Shown here: positions 1-7,738 of the stretch, in pieces
Numbering within the stretch: the first letter of the stretch is position 1
How the letters are laid out: every line of letters begins with the position of its first letter
DNA from: Candidatus Bathyarchaeota archaeon
GTDB lineage: Archaea; Thermoproteota; Bathyarchaeia; Bathyarchaeales; Bathycorpusculaceae
Assembly (NCBI GenBank): GCA_963826715.1
Contig: CAWGYA010000003.1
Location: 1-16,925, forward strand
DNA length: 16,925 nucleotides
Direction: 5' to 3'
Notes under the pieces: generated by a model
The model's database searches: none
Told to the model about the DNA's origin: nothing
Seen by the model: only the letters and a program-made list of their open reading frames with translations
Position numbers and translations under genes: made by a program

Positions 1-61
1 ACTCGAACCTTTGACCTACTGATTAACAGTCAGTTGCACTACCGGGCTGTGCAACGGCGGC
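1..61 (-). tRNA. tRNA-Asn (anticodon GTT), 3' end cut off by the window edge
   Basis: Reverse complement reads GCCGCCG TT GCAC AGCCCGGTA GTGC A ACTGA CTGTTAA TCAGT AGGTC AAAGG TTCGAGT. This gives the acceptor 5' strand, D stem GCAC/GTGC, anticodon stem ACTGA/TCAGT with loop CTGTTAA, and T loop TTCGAGT. No intron is visible. Confidence 0.95.
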
Positions 62-99
62 AAACAACCGGTGTTTCTGCCACTTTCAGTTCAAAATAA

Positions 100-115
100 G
101 TATTTAAGCCTATTT
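100..115 (-). promoter_or_regulatory. Probable archaeal TATA box/BRE region of the tRNA-Asn gene
   Basis: Minus strand reads AAATAGGCTTAAATAC, with TTAAATA about 40 nt upstream of the mature tRNA 5' end. Confidence 0.5.
102..112 (+). repeat. Left direct repeat (candidate att core or target duplication) ATTTAAGCCTA
   Basis: 10/11 identical to ATTTAAGCTTA at 8211-8221. Both copies lie just outside the terminal inverted repeats. Confidence 0.45.
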
Positions 116-117
116 GT

Positions 118-141
118 GCCCCCCGAAAATACCCAAGAACA
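118..141 (+). repeat. Left imperfect terminal inverted repeat
   Basis: GCCCCCCGAAAATACCCAAGAACA versus the reverse complement of 8181-8204, GCCCCCTGCAAATACTAACTAACA: 18/24 identical, ungapped. A related motif CCCCAGAAAACACCAAAG follows at 153-170. Confidence 0.55.
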
Positions 142-197
142 AATAGTTGTTACCCCAGAAAACACCAAAGTTTTTAATTGTTTTGGAGGTGTTACGT

Positions 198-1564
198 TTG
201 AGTAAGATGACTGATAATATAATTTAATGGCTTAAAAGCTTCCCCTCATCACTGAAGTGGCTAAACAAAATAAAATCAAAAGACACACTCAGCATCTACA
301 GCAAAAACTTCTATTTGTACTGCAAAGCGGTGAACAAGAACCCCGATGAATTAATTGCGCTTAAAATTGAAGGGCTACGCAATATAGCCACCGCAATAGA
401 GTTTCAAGCGGAAGACCTACTGGATAATTTTCTATACGATGAAAGCACGAACTTAACTATCAACATAAGGCTATCTGTGCTCAACTCAACTAAGAGCTTC
501 TATAACGCAAACAGGCGCTCATTAAATCAGGTTGGAGAAAACTCAACAAGCCAGAGCCACAAAGACGCACACCTAAAATGAAGGACATTTTGGAACTTGA
601 GGAAGGCATGTCCTATCAACGAGATAAGGCGATATTGTGGTTTATAGAATCAACTTCGTGTAGGGCTGGAACAGTCGTTAAACTCAACCGCAAAGACCTA
701 AAACCCACCGCTGAACTTCTCAAAATGGTTAGGGAGGAAGCTATGGGACAAACCACACGCACCGTGGAAGAGGATGCAGAAATCGCCAAAGATGTACCCT
801 ACTACATTGTGATTGAATCCGATAGGCTCAAAGGCGCTGGCAGGGGCAAATACCGTGGATTAAAGCAAGTATGCTTTTTGCATTCATACTCCGTAAAAAA
901 ACTAAAAAATTACGATGAAGAACTGAAAAGAAGGGGCATTGCAGTAACCCCAGACTCACCCCTCTTTGTTGCGCTTGACAGCAATGCCTACAATCACAAA
1001 GGGGATAGGCTCGCTCAGGCGCAAAGTATTTTTTGGGGAACCTCAATGATGGTTTGGGGAGGTCAAGAAGGCAAAGGATTTTCAGCGCATGACTTACGGG
1101 ATGTTCTGCAGGGTGCTTTGGAAAACGCTAACATACACTCAAACATCGCATCGCCCATGCTCGCCCACAAAGTCAAGGGCATTGATAAACACTACAGCAA
1201 CCACGATGTTGAAGAGTTCTTGTTGGCTTACAGAAGTGCTTTGTCGTGGCTGCTACCGCACACAATTGAACAGACAAACGCAAGGGTGATTAATGACCAA
1301 AAACGCATTACCCAGCTTGAAAATGATTTAGCATCAATGCAGAAACAGTACAGTACACTGTTTGGTGAAACCAAGCCATTAATTGAGCACATAGACGAAA
1401 TTACCGTACTGATTGACAAACTACGTGAAGAAGAATACATTGAAGACCAAACTAAATCTCAAGAGAAAGAAGCGGAAGAATTGTCGCGGTTGACAGATGA
1501 AGCAAACAAAAATCAAAAACCAATAGATGGGAGAAAAATCAGAGCTGGGAAAAAAACCAGTTAG
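198..1564 (+). pseudogene. Tyrosine recombinase/integrase, disrupted by an in-frame TAA (225-227) and a frameshift (about 522-527); catalytic domain still open at 578-1564
   Basis: SD GGAGGTG (185-191) precedes TTG198: MSKMTDNII*WLKSFPSSLKWLNKIKSKDTLSIYSKNFYLYCKAVNKNPDELI. After SFYNANRRSL the frame of ORF 578 continues KSGWRKLNKPEPQRRTPKMKDIL. Catalytic residues are present: RDKAILWFIESTSCR (box I Arg), RLKG (candidate Lys), HDLR, LAH (R+23) and DKHY (Tyr, R+32). Confidence 0.88.
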
Positions 1565-1587
1565 ACCTTTTTTGGTTTTTCCCTTTT
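1547..1587 (+). terminator. Possible terminator after the integrase
   Basis: Inverted repeat GGGAAAAAAACCA...TGGTTTTTCCC spanning the stop codon, with several T runs. Confidence 0.4.
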
Positions 1588-1696
1588 CAGAAAGCTATTT
1601 GGTTTTGCTTCTAATACTCTCGAGTAGTACCAAACCTTATTTCCGCCTGGACAAAGCTATCGAAAAAAGGAACTTTGAATCCGTCCTTTCAAAATA

Positions 1697-1762
1697 GAAA
1701 ACGTGGTACTCTTAGCTTTGCCAGCTGGAGGCGTTCCAGTTGGTCATGTGGTTGCCAAGGAA
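1697..1762 (+). pseudogene. Fragment of a predicted phosphoribosyltransferase (COG1926-like)
   Basis: ENVVLLALPAGGVPVGHVVAKE resembles the family's N-terminal VVLALPRGGVPVAxEVA motif. The flanking sequence does not continue the protein. Confidence 0.65.
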
Positions 1763-1877
1763 GCCATTTGTCAAGCTGCTTTAAAGACTATTATAAGAAT
1801 AATGTTATTTGAAGACATAGTCAAAAAGAAGAAAAGTAAGAATAGTCTAAACCGTAAAATTCATGGAAAGATGAACC

Positions 1878-2633
1878 TTATATTATTTGAAGCAAGGGTT
1901 TTATTTTTATTTCAACGATGTCAACTCGTTTAGGTCTAGTCAATACATAGTATATACAGTCGGCGATATCTTCTGCTTTAAGCTGCTTTAGCATTGACTG
2001 TTGTCTATGCTGTTCTTTAACAGAAAGAGAATTCATGTCTGTTCCAACTTCTCCAGGCTCAATAAGAGAAACCCTAATTCCCAAACTGTTAACTTCCTTT
2101 CGCAAAGCCTCACTAAACCCTTGAACACCAGCTTTAGAAGCTACATATATTGAACTACTGCCTGAACGAACATTTGCACTCATAGACCCCACAATAACAA
2201 TATGACCTTCCCCTTTGGCTTTCATACGCTCAACCGCTCCACGAGCAAAAGCCAAGTATCCAATCAGGTTTGTTTGAACAACATATTCTTGCTCTTTGTA
2301 TTGCGCATCCAATATTCCTCCGGCGCCTAATCCCGCATTATCTATCAAAACATCAATCTCGCCTAACTCACGGTCGGCAACGTCAAAAACGCGTTCAACA
2401 TCTTCTTTTACTGAAACATCCGCTGTTAACCCAACAGCTTGGTTTGAAAGCTTGTTTATTTCTTTTAGGGCATTATTTAATTCGCTTTGGCCTCGACCAA
2501 AAATTAAAAGCTTAGCTCCTTTAGATGCGAGCAAAATGGCTGTAGCAAGCCCAATCCCTGTGGTTCCGCCAGTAATTATGACTTTTTTGCCTTGAAGGCT
2601 AGTAAATTGATCCTGTTCTTGTTCTGATGTCAA
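1878..2633 (-). CDS. Classical short-chain dehydrogenase/reductase (SDR)
   Basis: TGGTTGIG cofactor motif, DNAG (NNAG variant), catalytic Ser and YVASK, and EPG motif. AGGAG precedes the TTG start. Confidence 0.93.
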   Translation of the reverse strand: MTSEQEQDQFTSLQGKKVIITGGTTGIGLATAILLASKGAKLLIFGRGQSELNNALKEINKLSNQAVGLTADVSVKEDVERVFDVADRELGEIDVLIDNAGLGAGGILDAQYKEQEYVVQTNLIGYLAFARGAVERMKAKGEGHIVIVGSMSANVRSGSSSIYVASKAGVQGFSEALRKEVNSLGIRVSLIEPGEVGTDMNSLSVKEQHRQQSMLKQLKAEDIADCIYYVLTRPKRVDIVEIKIKPLLQII

Positions 2634-2788
2634 CCACGATTTCTCCTGCGTTGTTTCTTTTTTATTTCAAAATGTCGTAAAAAAAGATTCCATTTTGAGT
2701 GAAATAGATTACTTAGACTTAATGAATTATGTATGTTACTTATAAACAATAAATCTTGATGTTTCTAATTTTATCAAACACAAAGAAA

Positions 2789-2804
2789 TTTGGTGTTTTC
2801 GGGT
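2789..2804 (-). repeat. Internal inverted copy of the left-end motif
   Basis: Reverse complement is ACCCGAAAACACCAAA, and GAAAACACCAAA matches 158-169 exactly (12 bp). GCAGGGGG at 2817-2824 also matches the right end (8196-8203). Confidence 0.4.
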
Positions 2805-3259
2805 GATATCTGCGTGGCAGGGGGTTGAATACCTACTTCTATTAAAACAGAGAATTCGGCTTTGATTCCAAGTTAGGTATAGCTATCAAATCTTTTTACA
2901 TAGGTAAAACAAGTTCAACATATTCTAAGAGTGAGTATACTTTAGGTTTCATGGATATTGCGGGTTGGAAATAAGTTTTAAATTGATATTTTTTGTGGGT
3001 ATACCCTAAGAAGAGCAGAAATTATGTTCTTGAGAATCCTGACAACCTCAAACTTTTTCGTAACAACTGCCTTCTATGTCTTTATCTAAAAGCAAACGGG
3101 TAATAAGAAAGGGTAATTACAGTCTAAGCTTTACTTTTCACTGATTAATTTTCTCAACTTTGCTGCGTCTTTATTCTGTTTTAATGATTCACGCTTAAAC
3201 AGTTAGCAATACTGCGCTTATATTGCACTCGAGAGTAGTATCTATGAAAATATAACAAT

Positions 3260-3445
3260 GTGAAGAAAATGAAGAGCAAACAAAGCTCAAATACAAAACA
3301 AAAGGATTTACACAATCAATTACTTCTAAATTTACTTTTAGCAGCAATCTTCGCAGCACTCGTGTTTGTTGTCACCTCACATATCCCTTCAATGCAAAGG
3401 GTAATAAAATGTAACATACATCGTTTAGTTCACACAACCACTTAA
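3260..3445 (+). CDS. Possible small membrane protein or N-terminal remnant of an exported protein
   Basis: Basic N-terminus followed by the hydrophobic stretch LLLNLLLAAIFAALVFVV. No recognisable family. Confidence 0.3.
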   Translation: MKKMKSKQSSNTKQKDLHNQLLLNLLLAAIFAALVFVVTSHIPSMQRVIKCNIHRLVHTTT

Positions 3446-3553
3446 TTCTGATTATTTCGCTCATATAGGCTATGAATAGATTAAATGTTATAGCAAATTG
3501 TTGCCACATGTTTTGAAATAGCAGAAAAAGAAAAGTACCTACGGGAGCCCTTC

Positions 3554-4561
3554 ATGAAAATAGCTTTTTTTGAAATAGAAAAAGAGGAAGAGAAGCAAAC
3601 AATTAAAGATACTCTTCAAGACAAAAATGTGCTTAAGTTTTTTAATGATATCTTAAGCCCAAATAATGTTGAAGAGGTGAGCGATTTTGATATAATTTCT
3701 GTTTTTATATATTCCAAATTAGATAAGCAAATGTTAAACAAACTTTCAAACGTAAAATTTATAGCCACACGGTCAACAGGATTCGATCATATTGACATAA
3801 AAAAATGTAAGGAAAAAAACATAGTGGTTAGTAACGTCCCTTCTTATGGACAGAATACTGTAGCGGAACATGCTTTTGCATTAATTCTAACTCTGTCCAG
3901 AAATATCTGCAAAGCTGCCTCAAGAACAAAGAAGGACAAGTTTTCCACAGATGGTTTGATAGGTTTTGATCTTAAAGGAAAAACAATAGGTGTCGTGGGT
4001 GTCGGAGATATTGGACTTCACGTCATTCGAATCGCAAAAGGATTTGGTATGAATGTTCTTGCCTTTGATGTTAAACAAAGTGAGATACTTTCTGAGGTTT
4101 TAGGTTTTGAGTATACATCACTTGAGGGTTTGCTAGCAAATTCAGACATTATTTCTCTGCATGTTCCAGAAAATAAAGCCACTCACCATCTGATGAATGA
4201 AGAGCGATTTAAACAAGTCAAAAAAGGAGCTCTGCTGATTAACACTTCAAGGGGCGGAATTGTTGATACTCAAGCATTGATTCAGGCAGTCGAAAACAAG
4301 ACCTTGTCGGGTGTCGGATTAGACGTTATAGAAGGTGAAAAAATTATCAAGGAAGAAAAAGAAGCAGTTCACGATAAAGAAAGTCAAGAAATAATTAATC
4401 AAATTGCTAAGGAACAGACCCTTTTTAGTAAAGACAACGTTATCTTTACCCCACATATAGCTTTCTACAGTAAAGAGGCGCTAATGCGAATTTTAGATAC
4501 TACAATAAAAAACATACAAGCATTCTTATCAGGAGAAGCAAAAAACAACGTTACAGCTTAA
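3554..4561 (+). CDS. D-isomer-specific 2-hydroxyacid dehydrogenase (D-lactate dehydrogenase-like)
   Basis: RSTGFDHID, VAEHA, GVGDIG Rossmann motif, SLHVP, NTSRG (Arg), LDVIEGE (Glu) and TPHIA (His). GGGAG precedes the ATG. Confidence 0.93.
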   Translation: MKIAFFEIEKEEEKQTIKDTLQDKNVLKFFNDILSPNNVEEVSDFDIISVFIYSKLDKQMLNKLSNVKFIATRSTGFDHIDIKKCKEKNIVVSNVPSYGQNTVAEHAFALILTLSRNICKAASRTKKDKFSTDGLIGFDLKGKTIGVVGVGDIGLHVIRIAKGFGMNVLAFDVKQSEILSEVLGFEYTSLEGLLANSDIISLHVPENKATHHLMNEERFKQVKKGALLINTSRGGIVDTQALIQAVENKTLSGVGLDVIEGEKIIKEEKEAVHDKESQEIINQIAKEQTLFSKDNVIFTPHIAFYSKEALMRILDTTIKNIQAFLSGEAKNNVTA

Positions 4562-4697
4562 TTTTTATTTTAAGCCATTCACCGTGCTCGGGAGTTAGTG
4601 TAAACTAAAACATCAAAGACGTATTGTGAGACTTTTCATGGTTATTGAGTAGAAACATTTCGATTAAAAACAATTTTACAATCTCGGGGTAAAAAAT

Positions 4698-4850
4698 AGT
4701 AAAGATACTACTGCAAGCAGCTTTGCTAATTTAAGAATTACCTGGCTTAATAGCTATTCCTCAGGCAGACTATGGCTCAACAAGTTGGGTTCGCCACATA
4801 CTAAAAAGAAGTTTACTGAATACTTCTGGACTTCTTGTGAAGCTAGCTGA
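4698..4850 (+). pseudogene. N-terminal fragment of a paralogue of the left-end integrase
   Basis: 4743-4844 translates to WLNSYSSGRLWLNKLGSPHTKKKFTEYFWTSCEA and aligns ungapped with WLKSFPSSLKWLNKIKSKDTLSIYSKNFYLYCKA (228-329), 13/34 identical. It ends at TGA 4848-4850, and the start codon appears lost. Confidence 0.8.
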
Positions 4851-5097
4851 TCTTGATCAAAGACGAGAAGGATGGAAAACTATAAACCGTTTATGTAATA
4901 CATTGTCCGGATTCTCTTCAGTCCCCAAAAATTCGGGGTTTTGTAGTAATTGTGGAACTCGAATTGATGAAAAAGCAAACTTTTGTTCTAATTGTCGGAA
5001 TCGGGTGTCTCAGCAAATGAATGGATTTGTGAAGGGGATAAGACAAGGCACCATTAAAAATAACCTTAAAAATCGCTTCCTAAAACGAAATACTTAA
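4837..5097 (+). CDS. Small zinc-ribbon protein or remnant
   Basis: FCSNCGTRIDEKANFCSNC has two CxxC pairs typical of zinc ribbons. The start is doubtful and overlaps the integrase fragment. Confidence 0.45.
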   Translation: MKLADLDQRREGWKTINRLCNTLSGFSSVPKNSGFCSNCGTRIDEKANFCSNCRNRVSQQMNGFVKGIRQGTIKNNLKNRFLKRNT

Positions 5098-5361
5098 AGT
5101 GAATTTTGATATCGCAGGCACAGTTAGATTATTTTGAATTATTTCTTCTGCAACTATTCTTCCATGAGAGACTTTGCGGTCAATTATTACTATTTGGGGA
5201 TAGCTTAGTTCAGACACTACAAATGAGCACTTAATTTTTTATGTCACTGAGTCCGTTCGAGCGGTTTTAGAGATTTTTCCTCTCAAATATTATTATAGGA
5301 AGCGTTTTTTGCAGATGCAACAAGCTTTTTTAGGATCGATGCTTGACTGAGATTAAGAACC

Positions 5362-6540
5362 ATGCAACCGAAGACACTGATAGCTTGCTTTCTGATTATT
5401 GCTTTGCTAGCTGTTACTACCCCCTCAGGTTCCAGCGATATTTATGATCCATTCCACACAAAAGAGGAGAAGACTATAATGTGGAAAGAGTTATGGAGCA
5501 ATCATTCCAACGCAGAATATTTCCCAGTTGGAAACTATTGCGATGGAGCCGAGATACTAATGTTTGCTGCAGGCAATAAGACCGGTGGAAGAGTACTTTG
5601 GGATGCAGAGATGCATGGAAACGAAGACAAAGGTGGAGAAATCCTATATCTTATAGCGCAGTGGCTCTTGGATCCTAATAATTCCCAAACACAAAAAATT
5701 CTTCAAGAAAACTATGTAATGTTCATACCCATGGTAAACAACCAAGTTGCTAGGGGCAACGGTGACAAATCTGTATCCGAATTTGGCGTTGACCTTAACC
5801 GAAATTTTGAGACAGGATGGCAAAAAAGCGATCCTGCCGACGATACCTATTCTGGGCAAAATCCGCTCAGTGCGCCAGAAACAAACGTAATGAGAGACAT
5901 CTTCTCATCCTATCAACCCTTATTCTATGTAAATCTGCATTGTGGAGCAGGTCCATATTCTGCTTTCTACGACTTGGGCAACACAACTCTTTCTATAAAT
6001 GCAAAGAATAGAGCAGAACAGATAGCTGGAGCAATGGGGATTACACCTTACCGAACTATCAGTTTTGGTTCCAAGGGATATGCAATAGGTGACGCCACTC
6101 AACTTGGAGTCCAGTCAACATGGCTGATCGAGACGGTTGGATCATCTACAGCCTGGAGGCATTTGCCTGAACAATATGATGAGTTGGTTGACATTTATTA
6201 TCCTAAATGTCTTGCTCTTTTTATCGCCATGTGTGAATTGTCTTCTCCGCTTTTTCAACCTCCAAAAGTAGTCGTCAACCAAAATTCATCTCCAAAGTCT
6301 GTAGCTCCAAAAGATAGCGGATTGGTTCAGACTACACCCTCTCCAAGTGCTTCTCCACCCCCGCTGCAGCTAAACACTGCCAGTCCTTCACCTACAAAAA
6401 ATTCGACAACCCGACCGATAGAAAATGTAGGCACTGCACTTAATCCTCTGCAAATCTTACCTATAGTTGCAGTAATCAGCGTTGTGTTCATAACTTTGAC
6501 AACAGTCTTTTATCAGAAAAGGCAAAGATCGCGTGTTTAG
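5362..6540 (+). CDS. Exported, C-terminally membrane-anchored M14-family zinc carboxypeptidase
   Basis: N-terminal signal peptide, HGNE (HxxE zinc ligands), GVDLNRNF, PLSAPET, NLH (third ligand) and IET (candidate catalytic Glu), then a Pro/Ser/Thr-rich linker, a TM helix and the basic tail KRQRSRV. Confidence 0.88.
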   Translation: MQPKTLIACFLIIALLAVTTPSGSSDIYDPFHTKEEKTIMWKELWSNHSNAEYFPVGNYCDGAEILMFAAGNKTGGRVLWDAEMHGNEDKGGEILYLIAQWLLDPNNSQTQKILQENYVMFIPMVNNQVARGNGDKSVSEFGVDLNRNFETGWQKSDPADDTYSGQNPLSAPETNVMRDIFSSYQPLFYVNLHCGAGPYSAFYDLGNTTLSINAKNRAEQIAGAMGITPYRTISFGSKGYAIGDATQLGVQSTWLIETVGSSTAWRHLPEQYDELVDIYYPKCLALFIAMCELSSPLFQPPKVVVNQNSSPKSVAPKDSGLVQTTPSPSASPPPLQLNTASPSPTKNSTTRPIENVGTALNPLQILPIVAVISVVFITLTTVFYQKRQRSRV

Positions 6541-6949
6541 TTCGAGAATTTATTAACGATAACAATTTGAGAGCGCCCCACCTCAACTTGTGCTTTAGTA
6601 AAAATGCTGCATCAAATCGATATTTATTACTTCTCAATATGTCTATTCAATTGACTCGAGGAAAATTTTTCACCAATCTTGTTTATAGAAATATTGAATG
6701 TAAGTTTAGTAATTCGTAGCCTTTTATAAAGATGTATTCGTACTTAGATAAGATATATTTACCAAATGCCATAATAGCAATTATCAAACCAAATTAGGTT
6801 TCATGAAGATGACTATTCATGCCAATAACTGTAATTGCATTATGAACCAGCATAATAATGCACCATTACCCAAAACATAGCCGTCTAGTATAGTGGGTAT
6901 CGATATTTTAAAAATAAACCAATTACATTCACCAGATAATAATGGATAA

Positions 6950-7429
6950 TCAAATGATTCGACAAAGTGTGTTATTATTTGATGCGCCGCAATTTGGACA
7001 GGTATTAGCTGTTTCATTAAAGAGTTTGCGGCAGTATGGACAACGGACTTTTACAATAACCTCTTTTTCTTTGATAATCTCGCGAACAGTTGTTGTTTCT
7101 GTATTGGTTTCGGGCATATGCGGTTTTTTCTTTTGGTTGCTTAGGGCTAAATCTCTCCAAAACTGGGCTTTATAATTAATTCCTAAGTATTGTTCGCCCC
7201 CAAAAGAGCTAACACGTACCAAGTCAGCAGCCTTTAAGTCGTCTTTCCAAGTACTTAAAAAGAAATGCCACTTCGCACCACATTTGGAGCAAGTTGCAGT
7301 AGGTTCACTCATACTATCTCTATGCGCTGTAATTATTCGATTTGCACAAAATGGGCAAAACGGAAAGTACTTAGTAACTTCATCAGTTAACCTTCCTAAA
7401 CTCCACAAAACAACCATAAAATCTTCCAA
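6950..7429 (-). CDS. Hypothetical protein with two zinc-ribbon modules
   Basis: CPFC...CSKC in the N-terminal half and REIIKEKEVIVKVRCPYC...CPNCG at the C-terminus. Start uncertain. Confidence 0.7.
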   Translation of the reverse strand: MEDFMVVLWSLGRLTDEVTKYFPFCPFCANRIITAHRDSMSEPTATCSKCGAKWHFFLSTWKDDLKAADLVRVSSFGGEQYLGINYKAQFWRDLALSNQKKKPHMPETNTETTTVREIIKEKEVIVKVRCPYCRKLFNETANTCPNCGASNNNTLCRII

Positions 7430-7738
7430 CCTGTTTACTATTTTTTCCTAGCGTTTTATAGAAGAAACATGAATCCCATTATGAATTAAGTTTGCCAACC
7501 GTCATACAGTTTAGCTCTAACATGTTTTCAATTTTATTGCGTCTTACCAAATTTAAATTTTAAAAAGTAAAACTGTGTGTGTGGTTTGGTAGGTGCGGCT
7601 GATAGAATTTAAACTTTCATTTGTCTTCAATTGTCTTAAGAGACAGTTAAACTATTATGACAAAAACGTTCGGTTTCAACTTTAAACATGTTTTCTCCAT
7701 GGATTTAGCAAAAACACATGTTTTTAACTTCATTATTT

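Noticed and set aside
515-530. Programmed -1 ribosomal frameshift in the integrase
   Set aside because: No canonical X XXY YYZ slippery heptamer (the site reads A TTA AAT), and an independent upstream nonsense codon points to decay.
1703-1933. 76-aa ORF as an intact gene
   Set aside because: Only the first 20 or so codons are protein-like (the PRT motif); the rest is read-through that overlaps the SDR end.
1612-3240. Inverted repeat TAATACTCTCGAGT (1612-1625) / ACTCGAGAGTAGTA (3227-3240), 13/14, flanking the SDR as a possible invertible segment
   Set aside because: A match this short is expected by chance over several kb, and it does not resemble the element-end motifs.
2942-6804. 12-bp direct repeat TTAGGTTTCATG near 2942 and 6794
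   Set aside because: Short and AT-rich, with no extension or boundary context.
1565-7738. Integron-like cassette array
   Set aside because: No attC-like repeat follows each gene, cargo lies on both strands with long spacers, and the integrase is not recognisably IntI-like.
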